Source of the DNA: Barthelona sp. PCE
Lineage: Eukaryota
Assembly: GCA_040285745.1 (NCBI GenBank)
Contig: JAUFOR010000001.1
Location: 1,302,001 to 1,334,541 of the forward strand
Length of the DNA: 32,541 nt
Direction of reading: 5' to 3'
The translations under genes and the position numbers were made by a program. Each line of letters begins with the position of its first letter. Within the stretch, counting starts at the first letter, position 1. The notes beneath the pieces were generated by a model. The model was given only the letters and a program-made list of their open reading frames with translations. It ran no database searches and had not been told where the DNA came from. Shown piece by piece: positions 20,373 to 29,559 of the stretch.

Positions 20373-22313
20373 ATGCCACGTATTAATCCTTGCATCCAGA
20401 CCGATTCTGGGCTTGAAATACGTCATTCAAGAACAAATACAGTTATTCAACCTCTAAATCATGAACTATCCACAGAAGACACATTCATGGTGATTCCAGA
20501 CTTTGAAAGGAGGATAAAACTTCCAATTCAATGTGATAATTTGTGCTGTTGCAATAACAGAATGATTTTTTATAATACCAATACAATGAAAAGGTACAAC
20601 AGAAATATAACATTCTACCAGGAAATTTATTCTGAGTGTGATGACAGGGTTAGATTTGAAGAAAATGATACAGTGTGTTTAACTGATTTCAAAGAGCTTG
20701 AATTTTGCACAGAGTTTTCTGCTTTAAGTGAAAGGATAATCATATGTTATTCTGTTGAATCAGTTTATGTCGTAGATTTACTTCAAAATCAGTGCACTAA
20801 ACAAGATGGTTTTCAATTGGAGAAAAAATTAACAAGAATGACTCTTGTTAAGGATAGTGGATCCAAGCTATATATCCCATTCCTTTTAAATAACACTGTT
20901 GAGTATATTAAATTGCCGCCATTCAATCGTGGCAATATTGTTGTTGAAGTTATCAATGCTGAATTTCCAACATGCCTGTTTATGAGTAGAAATTCAATAT
21001 GTAGGTTATCTATTGTTGATATGAAGCCGATTGTTGAGCAATTTAATGGGACTTTATTTTTTACTAGACACTATACATTATCCAGTTGTTTTGTTATTGA
21101 TGATATCTACTATTTTTCCAGCAAAAGTCAGCCTCTTTTGATTGCATATAAATTTGGTCAGCATCTTCAGCGTCTTGATGCTGTAAGTAACGTGTATTTC
21201 AGACAATTTACAATGTTCAACAATATTTTGTACGGACAATTCGGGAAGTTAATGTATCCATTTACAATCGAACAAAAAGTTAGTGGTTATGGTCTTCTTC
21301 CTGACATGCCAATAACAATGCATGGCATAGATCATGTGAATCCTGTTATTGTGTCAAGCAGACATTCCATTCACATTGATATAACAAGTAACTTGAGACC
21401 CAAAGCGTTAGTTCATGGGATAGTTAAAGAAGGAAGAAATACATTGATTCGTGTTGTTGCAAAACCCAATAATGGTGAAATAATATACTCACAAATATAC
21501 AAATCAAAGGACAGTATAGTATTTAAAAAAGGGCTTGAAGAATGTCATCGTGAGCACATGTTGCGGATGGGAGAAGAGGATTTTGTCGATTATGTGTCCA
21601 ATGCTTTTGTTTTTATTGAAAATAGTTATCATGAAGCGATTAAAATTAATGGTATTGAATTTTGTGCACCAACCGATAATGATTGGTTTTATGTCGATTA
21701 TGTTGATAATGTGCTGTGGATTTCTGGTAGTAACTACACGGGAATAGCAGTTCTTAACGATTCTGGCAATGTTGTTGATTTTAATACATTACTCTATGGT
21801 GATCATCAACACTTGTGCGTTACCGCAAACCAATATGACCCTTATTGTGCATTGCAAGATGACACATACTTTGTTCGGTATGATCCCGAACGCAAGGATT
21901 TTAGTAAGATTTTTGTGTTAAGAGAAGGTGTTAGAACATCTGAATTTTTTATTGATAATACAGTTTTTGTGGTAAATGGAATCGTGTATAAAATTGAAGG
22001 CGAGGTCTTAAATTCAATTGACATTGACTTACCTTGGGAATGTTTGAGATCACCTGAATATTCTTTCTTTTCAATCCGTAGGAGAACTATTTCAAGGTTG
22101 CATATGCGTTTAGATGGGTATGATGTGGTTGTTGATGTGTTAAAGTTTGATGAAAATTACACTACATTTACACTGAAGACAGAACGATACAATTTGTTAA
22201 CCATGTTAGCGGAAAATAGCGAATTCCATCCAATATCTGTTATGTTGGATTTATTTATGTACCGAACATCTGCATTTAGCAGATTTTCGCATGAGTATCA
22301 AGCACGCTTGTAA
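20373..22313 (+). CDS. Orphan beta-rich family protein, copy B (~646 aa), inverted relative to its neighbours
   Basis: First in-frame ATG 20373 gives MPRI..., like MPRIRKF/MPRVRKF of copies C and D. C-terminal ERYNLLTMLAENS resembles ERFHLPSFLAEAS. Confidence 0.75.
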   Translation: MPRINPCIQTDSGLEIRHSRTNTVIQPLNHELSTEDTFMVIPDFERRIKLPIQCDNLCCCNNRMIFYNTNTMKRYNRNITFYQEIYSECDDRVRFEENDTVCLTDFKELEFCTEFSALSERIIICYSVESVYVVDLLQNQCTKQDGFQLEKKLTRMTLVKDSGSKLYIPFLLNNTVEYIKLPPFNRGNIVVEVINAEFPTCLFMSRNSICRLSIVDMKPIVEQFNGTLFFTRHYTLSSCFVIDDIYYFSSKSQPLLIAYKFGQHLQRLDAVSNVYFRQFTMFNNILYGQFGKLMYPFTIEQKVSGYGLLPDMPITMHGIDHVNPVIVSSRHSIHIDITSNLRPKALVHGIVKEGRNTLIRVVAKPNNGEIIYSQIYKSKDSIVFKKGLEECHREHMLRMGEEDFVDYVSNAFVFIENSYHEAIKINGIEFCAPTDNDWFYVDYVDNVLWISGSNYTGIAVLNDSGNVVDFNTLLYGDHQHLCVTANQYDPYCALQDDTYFVRYDPERKDFSKIFVLREGVRTSEFFIDNTVFVVNGIVYKIEGEVLNSIDIDLPWECLRSPEYSFFSIRRRTISRLHMRLDGYDVVVDVLKFDENYTTFTLKTERYNLLTMLAENSEFHPISVMLDLFMYRTSAFSRFSHEYQARL

Positions 22314-22468
22314 TGAAACGCTCACTTCATTTTCATTTTCAATTTGAAAAGGATTTTTGAACAAGTGTATGTTTCTGAAGGATTTTCAGATAAACCTGTT
22401 TTTCCCCAAAAAAATTTGGAGCTGGACTTATCTGAATAATTTGCTTTTTAAATGCTAAGGAAATGGAG

Positions 22469-24637
22469 CTATTCATCATGATAACACTCATGATAATCGG
22501 GCATATGGTACTCAACAACGGAAGCCTCCGCCAGGAACGAAGGAAGGTGAAACCTTTCCACAGTGGGATTAGTTGATTCTGGATCTTCCTCAACGTTGTA
22601 TGTTTTCAACACCATTGTCTTGGTTTCTTCTTCGTAAATAACTTCCTGAACAACGTTATTAGGCATATTTAAGCTGCGAATATCGTTGCCAATATTTGGT
22701 AAAATAGTATTTGAAAAAAATCGCATTTCAATAACGCCATTAACAATGGACACCTTATTAATACCTTGATCCACTTGAATGTACGAATCACCTATGAAAT
22801 TAAAGAAACAGTTACCATCCACTTCACCAACATCTGAATATTTATATATCAAAACGGGTTCCAAAAAATTTCCTGTTGACCAATCTAAACAATGTAAATA
22901 CTGTTCCTCACCATCATTATTGTATTTATATGTAACAAAGAGCTGGTGGTCAGCTGTATCTGTTAATGGATGATGACAGAAGACTATACTCGAAACATCA
23001 TCGCCATGATGAAAAGTGATGTGCTTTTGAACCTCAACATCATTATTATTGATCAGCAATTGCAAAAAATGTGTTGAATTAATACAACTAACACACACAT
23101 AATTTCCAGTGACTGAAGGCATGCAATTATTTATGTACTCATTTGGTGGAAGCTCCAATACTTTTGTTCTACCAAGATAACCTTGACAAACGTTTTCATT
23201 GTGCTCAACAAAAAATGGTAACCCAAGAACTAAGCCAATATAATTCATGCCATCATTTTCAAAAGAAGTTATTATTGGTTTTGATTCTGAGCCTTCCCAG
23301 TGTATTTTAACTATTTCTGAAGCACCTGGTCTTGCATAACACTGTGCAATCATAAAGAAATACTCTTCCTCAACCGGGTGCATCGATAGTTCTCTGTAAT
23401 TCTTTCCGAACATGAAACTATCGTTAGTCATAACACTTTTATGTGTGACGATTCTTTTTTCTTTGAAGTAAAAGTAACACTGTCTTTTCATACTGCTGTC
23501 TGCAAAATGTGCTGTCCCATCATACATAACTCTGTGAGGCCTAATATTTTGCAATCGAATCACCTCGTTATTGACTTTTCTAAACTTTATAGGACCAAAA
23601 ACACCCGTTGCATTACAAGTTCCTAAAAACTGGCATTGTTCATTATGAAAAGAATTCGCCAAGTCAAGGTGCTTTATATTATCAAATTGAATATATGCAC
23701 TGCCTAAATCACCAGTTGTCGACTTAAGCTCCCCGTTTTCAATATGAACAACAGTACAAATAGAGCTATTATAGAAAAGCGCAGAAAATTCATCTTGTGT
23801 CAATGTGAACAAGGAAAAACAAGAACAGTAAGATATTTTCAACTCTAGTAACTGTGGGAATCTTTCCAATAGGTCAACACGGTTTCGTTTACGGTCAAAA
23901 ATGATCAATTCTTCAAATCCTCTGCCAAATGAGGCAAAACAAACACATTCAGCATTGTCACATCCAATACAGCTTTGATTATGGACACCTTCTAGCTGTA
24001 CGATATCCGGCTCATGAGCCTCGTCCATATCATCTACGCAGAAATTGTAGTGGAATAACGAAAAACCATTTTCATAATTGCTCATTAATACATATTCAAT
24101 GGAACAATTGCTGTTGGTGGTGTAATGGTTGTATTCTCCAAGGCACCGGTACCGTTCTGTTAGAATATTGAGAATGTAACAATGAGTCGATTCTCCATTC
24201 TGGTGATCTTCATCAACCTCTGTAATAGCAAAAAAAATGTGGTTTTCATCTAATGGAACAAATTCGCTCGATACATAGTTTTCTAAATCATCCAAATCAT
24301 CAATAGGGAAACGAATCTTTCTGTTTGTGTGTTCATCACTGTTAATTTCGTTGAAATACAGGATTTCAAGATCAGTTAATCGATTATTTTCGCTAAAATG
24401 CTGTTCAACGATCATATATCCTGCTCCAGCTTTTCGCTTGTAATAATACTGAAGTGTTTCACACGTTTCTTCAACATATCCACAAAATTCTTCCCCATCA
24501 ACAGCATCAATGAGATTGTGTAAATGAGTGTCTTCTCTAGTTTTGACCATTCTAACACCCTGACCTTCAAAAATAATTTGCCCCTCGGGAAAGGCCCCGA
24601 TGATAAGGTCATCCTCGAATTTACGGATACGAGGCAT
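22469..24637 (-). CDS. Orphan beta-rich family protein, copy C (722 aa)
   Basis: Long ORF, collinear with copy D (shared VDDMDEAHEPDI, GSESKPI, LDWSTG.FLEPVL and a near-identical C-terminus). Confidence 0.85.
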   Translation of the reverse strand: MPRIRKFEDDLIIGAFPEGQIIFEGQGVRMVKTREDTHLHNLIDAVDGEEFCGYVEETCETLQYYYKRKAGAGYMIVEQHFSENNRLTDLEILYFNEINSDEHTNRKIRFPIDDLDDLENYVSSEFVPLDENHIFFAITEVDEDHQNGESTHCYILNILTERYRCLGEYNHYTTNSNCSIEYVLMSNYENGFSLFHYNFCVDDMDEAHEPDIVQLEGVHNQSCIGCDNAECVCFASFGRGFEELIIFDRKRNRVDLLERFPQLLELKISYCSCFSLFTLTQDEFSALFYNSSICTVVHIENGELKSTTGDLGSAYIQFDNIKHLDLANSFHNEQCQFLGTCNATGVFGPIKFRKVNNEVIRLQNIRPHRVMYDGTAHFADSSMKRQCYFYFKEKRIVTHKSVMTNDSFMFGKNYRELSMHPVEEEYFFMIAQCYARPGASEIVKIHWEGSESKPIITSFENDGMNYIGLVLGLPFFVEHNENVCQGYLGRTKVLELPPNEYINNCMPSVTGNYVCVSCINSTHFLQLLINNNDVEVQKHITFHHGDDVSSIVFCHHPLTDTADHQLFVTYKYNNDGEEQYLHCLDWSTGNFLEPVLIYKYSDVGEVDGNCFFNFIGDSYIQVDQGINKVSIVNGVIEMRFFSNTILPNIGNDIRSLNMPNNVVQEVIYEEETKTMVLKTYNVEEDPESTNPTVERFHLPSFLAEASVVEYHMPDYHECYHDE

Positions 24638-24699
24638 ATAAAAGTAGTTTGCCGTGATGAAACAAGTGTAAAAAGAGATAGCAGTTTAAGAATATATTG

Positions 24700-25343
24700 A
24701 TTACTTACCAATTCTATGTGAAGATTTAAAGATTCAATTTTATTGTAAAGCTTGACCCCTGGACGATAGGGATCAATTATCATTAACTACTGCTCAGATA
24801 ATAATGATTATTGAACTTCTTATTGCTATTTTGTATTTATTTTTAGAAAAATAATTAATGTTTCGGAGACATTTTTATCAAAAGTAATCTCTACAGTGTA
24901 TTCAGGAGAACTAAAATTATCATGTTCACGTATCTAGTGTATCTAGTATATCATGAATATGTGACGAGATGGTCTTTATGTATTTCATTTTAGAATGTTA
25001 TCATTCCTTTAAGCATCAACCACCGGTTTGATGTTCAGTAAGTCCATGGTACAAATAAGAATAAAAATAATACAGGCTGGCTTACCATACATGCGTTTGT
25101 TTCCACCAAATAACTATCAATATTTAAAGCGGAAAAAATGTTAAATTCGAATAAAAAACGTTCAGGCACTATTACATGTTCAGAAAACGCAGAGCATGAT
25201 TCCTTGTAAACAAGAAAGAGAAACTTAAAAAAATAAATGCCCTCATCGTTCAAGTCTTCTGTTGCCATATATAAGAAATTCAATAGTTAACATGGTATCC
25301 AATTGAAGTCGAAAAGTTCTACGTCATCGTTTCTTGATAACAT
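24700..25343 (-). pseudogene. Decayed coding fragments, partly resembling the C-terminus of the orphan family
   Basis: The frame from ATG 25343 reads MLSRNDDVELFDFNWIPC*LLNFLYMATEDL...EFNIFSALNIDSYLVETN (compare FNIVDYMCDT of copy A). A second fragment reads REHDNFSSPEY...ISEQ*LMIIDPYRPG. Each has an in-frame stop. Confidence 0.4.
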
Positions 25344-25591
25344 AATATTTTCAAAATACATTAAAAAATAATGTGCAAAAAAAAAGAATGAAAAAACTAT
25401 AAAAAAAAATCAAAGCGCCTTGTTTTTATCTTGATTATAGAATTTTCATAAAAACATCTTTCAGAACTCACAATAACCTCATAAGGGAATAACATAGAAC
25501 ACACCAATTTTAAAAATCACAATTATTTTGTTTAGTAAAGAATGTTTGTTGGACACCAGTCTGAATATTTGTTCATCTGATTTTCAGTCTA

Positions 25592-27682
25592 TCAACAACA
25601 TTGTTCATGATAATCGGGCATGTGGTACTCAACGATGGAAGCCTCCGCCAGGAACGATGGAAGGTGGAACGATTCCACTGTGGGATTGATCGATTCCGGG
25701 TCTTCCTCAATATTGTAAGTTTTCAGCACCATTGTTTTGGTCTCTTCTTCGTATGACATGTCTTGAATAGTGTTATTGAGCAGATTTTGATCGTGGCTTA
25801 TGTTCAATTCATATGGTAAACTGTTGTTTGTGAAAAAAAGTGTTTCAATTGCACCATCTTCAACGTATACTTTAATGATACCACCCCTCACGTGTATGTA
25901 TGAATCTCCCACGAAATCAATGAAATTGTTGCCTTCCTGCGTTCCATCATCATATGATCTCTTCCAAAGAAGAACAGGCTCTAAGAAGCTTCCTGTTGAC
26001 CAATCTAAACAGTATAAATGTTGCGTGTTTGCTCCACAGGGCGAATGTAGAACAAACAGCTGATGATCAGGTGTTTCAGCCAATGGACGAGGGTTAAAGA
26101 AAACATCACAATATCCAGGTTCAAAAACAATGTGCTTTTGAACCTCCACGTCATACCCGTTGACATTGAACCGAAAAAAATGGAATGTATCTCTACACAG
26201 AATGCATGCTGAATTATCAAAATGTGAACAATGAACACTTTCAACATGAATATTCGGTGGAAATTCCAAAATCATCTTTTCTCCCAAATATACCAGACCA
26301 CGGTCAACATTTAATGGCAACCCTTGAATGAAATCACGGTTTTCAGAGCCACAATGAGGCAAAATGGTTGTGATTGGCTTGGATTCTGAGCCGGTCCAGA
26401 ATAATTTGCCATATGTCTTTGTTTCACCACGGTCCTCTGCCATTACAATAAAATCACCCCCTTCATTTGGATGAACTGATCGGATCACGTAGTTCGTACG
26501 TGAAATCTTATTATACTTACGCAGCACAATAAGCTTCCTTTCTTTGAAAAAAAAGTAACAACTTATTGAAGCGTTATGACCATACACTTCTGCTATACCA
26601 TCAAAAAAGATGTCTGATGGCTGAAGACTGTTCAAACGCAAAACCTCATTATCAACTGTTCTGAATTTGATTGGGCCATAATGTCCTGTTATTTTGTCAA
26701 CGCCATAAAAAACACAATTTTCATCACGAAAGGAATTATCGTTCAAGTCTATATGTTCCAAGTCATCGCAGTGTACATTCTTAAAATTCATTTCACCCTT
26801 TGACATCTTCAATTCACCGTTTTCGATATGAACTACCACATATCTTGAACCAATAAGTAGCATTGACAAAACATCTTGAGTGAGCGTCAATAATGCAAAT
26901 TTTGAGTCTCTGTCAATATTCAATCCTTTAAGCTGTGGAAATCTTTCTGTCAAGTTAACTTGGTTCCTCTGAGCATCAAATATTATTAGTTCACCAACTT
27001 TATATCCGTCAAAGCCAACAAAACAAGTGCAATCCGAGTTTAAACACCCAAAGTATCTTGAAGGGATATCACGCAACTGCTCAATATCAGGTTCATGTGC
27101 CTCGTCCATGTCATCAACAGAAAAATTGTAATGCCATATGGAATTATCTTGGCAATTCCTCAACAAAATGTAGTTTGAATTGATGTTTGATTCAATTAAG
27201 TCATAAGCTCCAAGATATCTATATTCCTCGGTTAGCACATTTAATATGTAGCACAGAAGCACTTGCCTGTTATTAACAGTTTCATCAATGGTGAATAGTA
27301 GGTGGTTTTCATCCAACGGAACTATTTCGCTTGATAGACTCTTAATCATCAGAAATGGAAAGGGTACTATTCTTCTTGTATGTTCATCACTCATGATATG
27401 ATCAAATAATAAGATATCAAAATGAGCTAAAAAGTTATTATCATCAAAAAGCTGTTCGATGATCATGTAAGATTCTCCAGCTTTTAATTTGGATGTGTAT
27501 TGAAGAGGCTTACGCGTATCCTCCACATATCCAACAAAGTCCTTGCCTTCAATGGCGCTTTCAATGAGGCTGATGTTTTCTCTTGATGAAAGCAATCTTA
27601 GACCCTTGCCCTCAAATATCAGCTGACCCTCGGGATATGCCTTCATTACAAGGTCATCCTCGAATTTACGAACCCTGGGCAT
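25592..27682 (-). CDS. Orphan beta-rich family protein, copy D (696 aa)
   Basis: Long ORF, paralogue of copy C. The ~60 bp upstream also share motifs (AATATAT, GCTATCT, TTCAT[C/T]AC[G/A]GC, TATATG). Confidence 0.85.
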   Translation of the reverse strand: MPRVRKFEDDLVMKAYPEGQLIFEGKGLRLLSSRENISLIESAIEGKDFVGYVEDTRKPLQYTSKLKAGESYMIIEQLFDDNNFLAHFDILLFDHIMSDEHTRRIVPFPFLMIKSLSSEIVPLDENHLLFTIDETVNNRQVLLCYILNVLTEEYRYLGAYDLIESNINSNYILLRNCQDNSIWHYNFSVDDMDEAHEPDIEQLRDIPSRYFGCLNSDCTCFVGFDGYKVGELIIFDAQRNQVNLTERFPQLKGLNIDRDSKFALLTLTQDVLSMLLIGSRYVVVHIENGELKMSKGEMNFKNVHCDDLEHIDLNDNSFRDENCVFYGVDKITGHYGPIKFRTVDNEVLRLNSLQPSDIFFDGIAEVYGHNASISCYFFFKERKLIVLRKYNKISRTNYVIRSVHPNEGGDFIVMAEDRGETKTYGKLFWTGSESKPITTILPHCGSENRDFIQGLPLNVDRGLVYLGEKMILEFPPNIHVESVHCSHFDNSACILCRDTFHFFRFNVNGYDVEVQKHIVFEPGYCDVFFNPRPLAETPDHQLFVLHSPCGANTQHLYCLDWSTGSFLEPVLLWKRSYDDGTQEGNNFIDFVGDSYIHVRGGIIKVYVEDGAIETLFFTNNSLPYELNISHDQNLLNNTIQDMSYEEETKTMVLKTYNIEEDPESINPTVESFHLPSFLAEASIVEYHMPDYHEQCC

Positions 27683-29412
27683 ATATAGCTGTAATGAAGT
27701 AGGTGAATATTAAGATAGCTTGCATATATTAAATATTAGTGCTTGCACGTGGCATATAAAGATGATATAATACACGTGAAGCGTAAACAGAAAGCGCGAA
27801 TGTGAAACAGGACTGCATTCGAATTTCTATCCCCTCACAGATTTATTGATGTGGTTCGCAGGGCTTGTAGCGCGTGACACGTAAGATTGTTGGCACGTGT
27901 AGGCATTGGCTTGGTTGTGGGGCACTTTTTAGCTGCGTTGTGGGTACGGCTCGCGTCTTTTGGGACATGCTCCATTGCACATGCATAAGCATTCAGTAAA
28001 CACCGCTGCATGCGTCGCTGGACCGCGCCAAAACTTCTGTTTCCAAATTTTCAGCCTAATTCTCATCAGATTTTCCTGATTTACACAATGCCAACCGTAA
28101 AGCGCGAACGTGAGGACGATGATATCGACGTCCAAACGCCTTTTGAGTTTGTGCTGGATTGAACCACTGTTTTGGTGGCATTACGAAAGTCATGATGCCA
28201 ATCTTGTCCAACGATTCCAATTTTGGTGACATATAGGAAGAGATCCGGTTGCTGACAGGATGTTCGACTGATGTATGTTTGTTGAAAGAGACGAAGGTTT
28301 AAAAATTGAATAATAAGAGGGAGAATCAAAATTCTATTTTTTATCCAAGGTATCGTTTCAAATGGATGTACGATATGGATGCTTCATAAGAATATTGTAC
28401 AACTGCATATGCTTACAAATCACTAATTTTCAGATTTGTATTTAATCACTCAGAGAGTATCACTCAGAGAATGTTGTGTTTTAATGTTTTCTATTTCTTT
28501 ATGTGGAATCGGGATATTGAGACATTCCATATGTTTTTGCAGTATCCCAGTGACACAATGCCTCTCATCATTGATTTGCATCATCATGGACAGTGAATAA
28601 TGAGAATAACTTGATGGTAATTATGAATATGCACTGCAGCAGTGGAATCAACGTTTGCTGAGACCATAGCGTTGGTACAGTGTGACCCCAGCGTTGTCTT
28701 ATATCGATAATAAATGCGTGAATATTAAGTTTGAACTTTTTTGAAAACAGAAATGAAAGCATTCTTTTGTCATGACTGGTTGGAGCAGCATTTTGAATTC
28801 TTTTGAGTAAGCATATTACCGTGTTATGCATGCGCTCATCCGTTGTAAGCCTGGCATAACGCGGTGCATACAGAGATACAGTAGCAGGTTCATGCATGCG
28901 GCATCTCTGGCTATTTGAATGTGTTGTGCAATTGGTTAGTATGTGCTTATAAGTGGTGCAGCTCTGGTATAGCAATAAATTTGAGCTCAAAAGAAGAAAA
29001 AAATGTTGCACGCACCTGCAATGCTCTGTGCGTATTTACGTCGTGATGGGGTTGATATACATTGATATGTATTGCAGCGTGTAGCAGGACTGCGAGTGGA
29101 ATCTTAATGGAAAAAAAGATACGTTTTTTCTCGGCGCTGCGTGGCTATTTTCTCATTTCAATCAAGTTTAGTGTTAGTATATGTGCTTCTTATGCGTGGA
29201 GACCAATTTTGATTGAGAGCGCGAATTCTTAAGAGGAGAAATGAGCTCTTAGAAATTCCCAACTAGAAAGTTACCCCTAATAAGTCTGCTAATAAATTGA
29301 GAGAAATGCTACCGTGGAAATTTGGTTTTGCTGATATTTTTATTAGTATTTAGTGTGAGTTGAGTTTTGGAAACTATTAACACGATACATCATAGATGTG
29401 ATATATACAATA

Positions 29413-29540
29413 GTAGTAAATAGTTTATTAATTTTCGAGCAAGCTGTCCCGGATTCTCGTATGTACTGTTCCTTGGTAGTAAATAGTTTATTAATTTTCG
29501 AGCAAGCTGTCCCGGATTCTCGTATGTACTGTTCCTTGGT
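29413..29540. repeat. Perfect tandem duplication of a 63-bp unit at the retrotransposon 3' end
   Basis: GTAGTAAATAGTTTATTAATTTTCGAGCAAGCTGTCCCGGATTCTCGTATGTACTGTTCCTTG at 29413-29475 and 29476-29538. Each unit contains AATAAA on the minus strand. Confidence 0.95.
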
Positions 29541-29559
29541 CTTCTGCTAACTGTTAGTA

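Noticed and set aside
20352-20395. 44-bp head-to-head overlap implied by the ORF track
   Set aside because: The + ORF begins at a TTG; ATG 20373 (MPRI, matching the paralogues) and ATG 20350 give non-overlapping starts.
27775-27784. CGTGAAGCGT matching the U6 snRNA 3' region
   Set aside because: There is no ACAGAGA box or U6 internal stem-loop nearby; a chance 10-mer.
28445-28470. Short tandem duplication ATCACTCAGAGA (similar 9-bp one near 24930) as a transposon footprint
   Set aside because: Cannot be distinguished from replication slippage in neutral DNA.
28568-29011. 147-aa ORF
   Set aside because: GTG start, no recognisable motifs, and it lies in a decayed tract; not supportable as a gene.
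29223-29266. Hairpin followed by CTAG, resembling a Helitron 3' end
   Set aside because: The stem is AT-rich and imperfect, CTAG is followed by A rather than T, and no 5' end or Rep/helicase remnant was found.
29413-29540. CRISPR array
   Set aside because: Two abutting identical units with no spacers, in a eukaryotic context with no cas genes.
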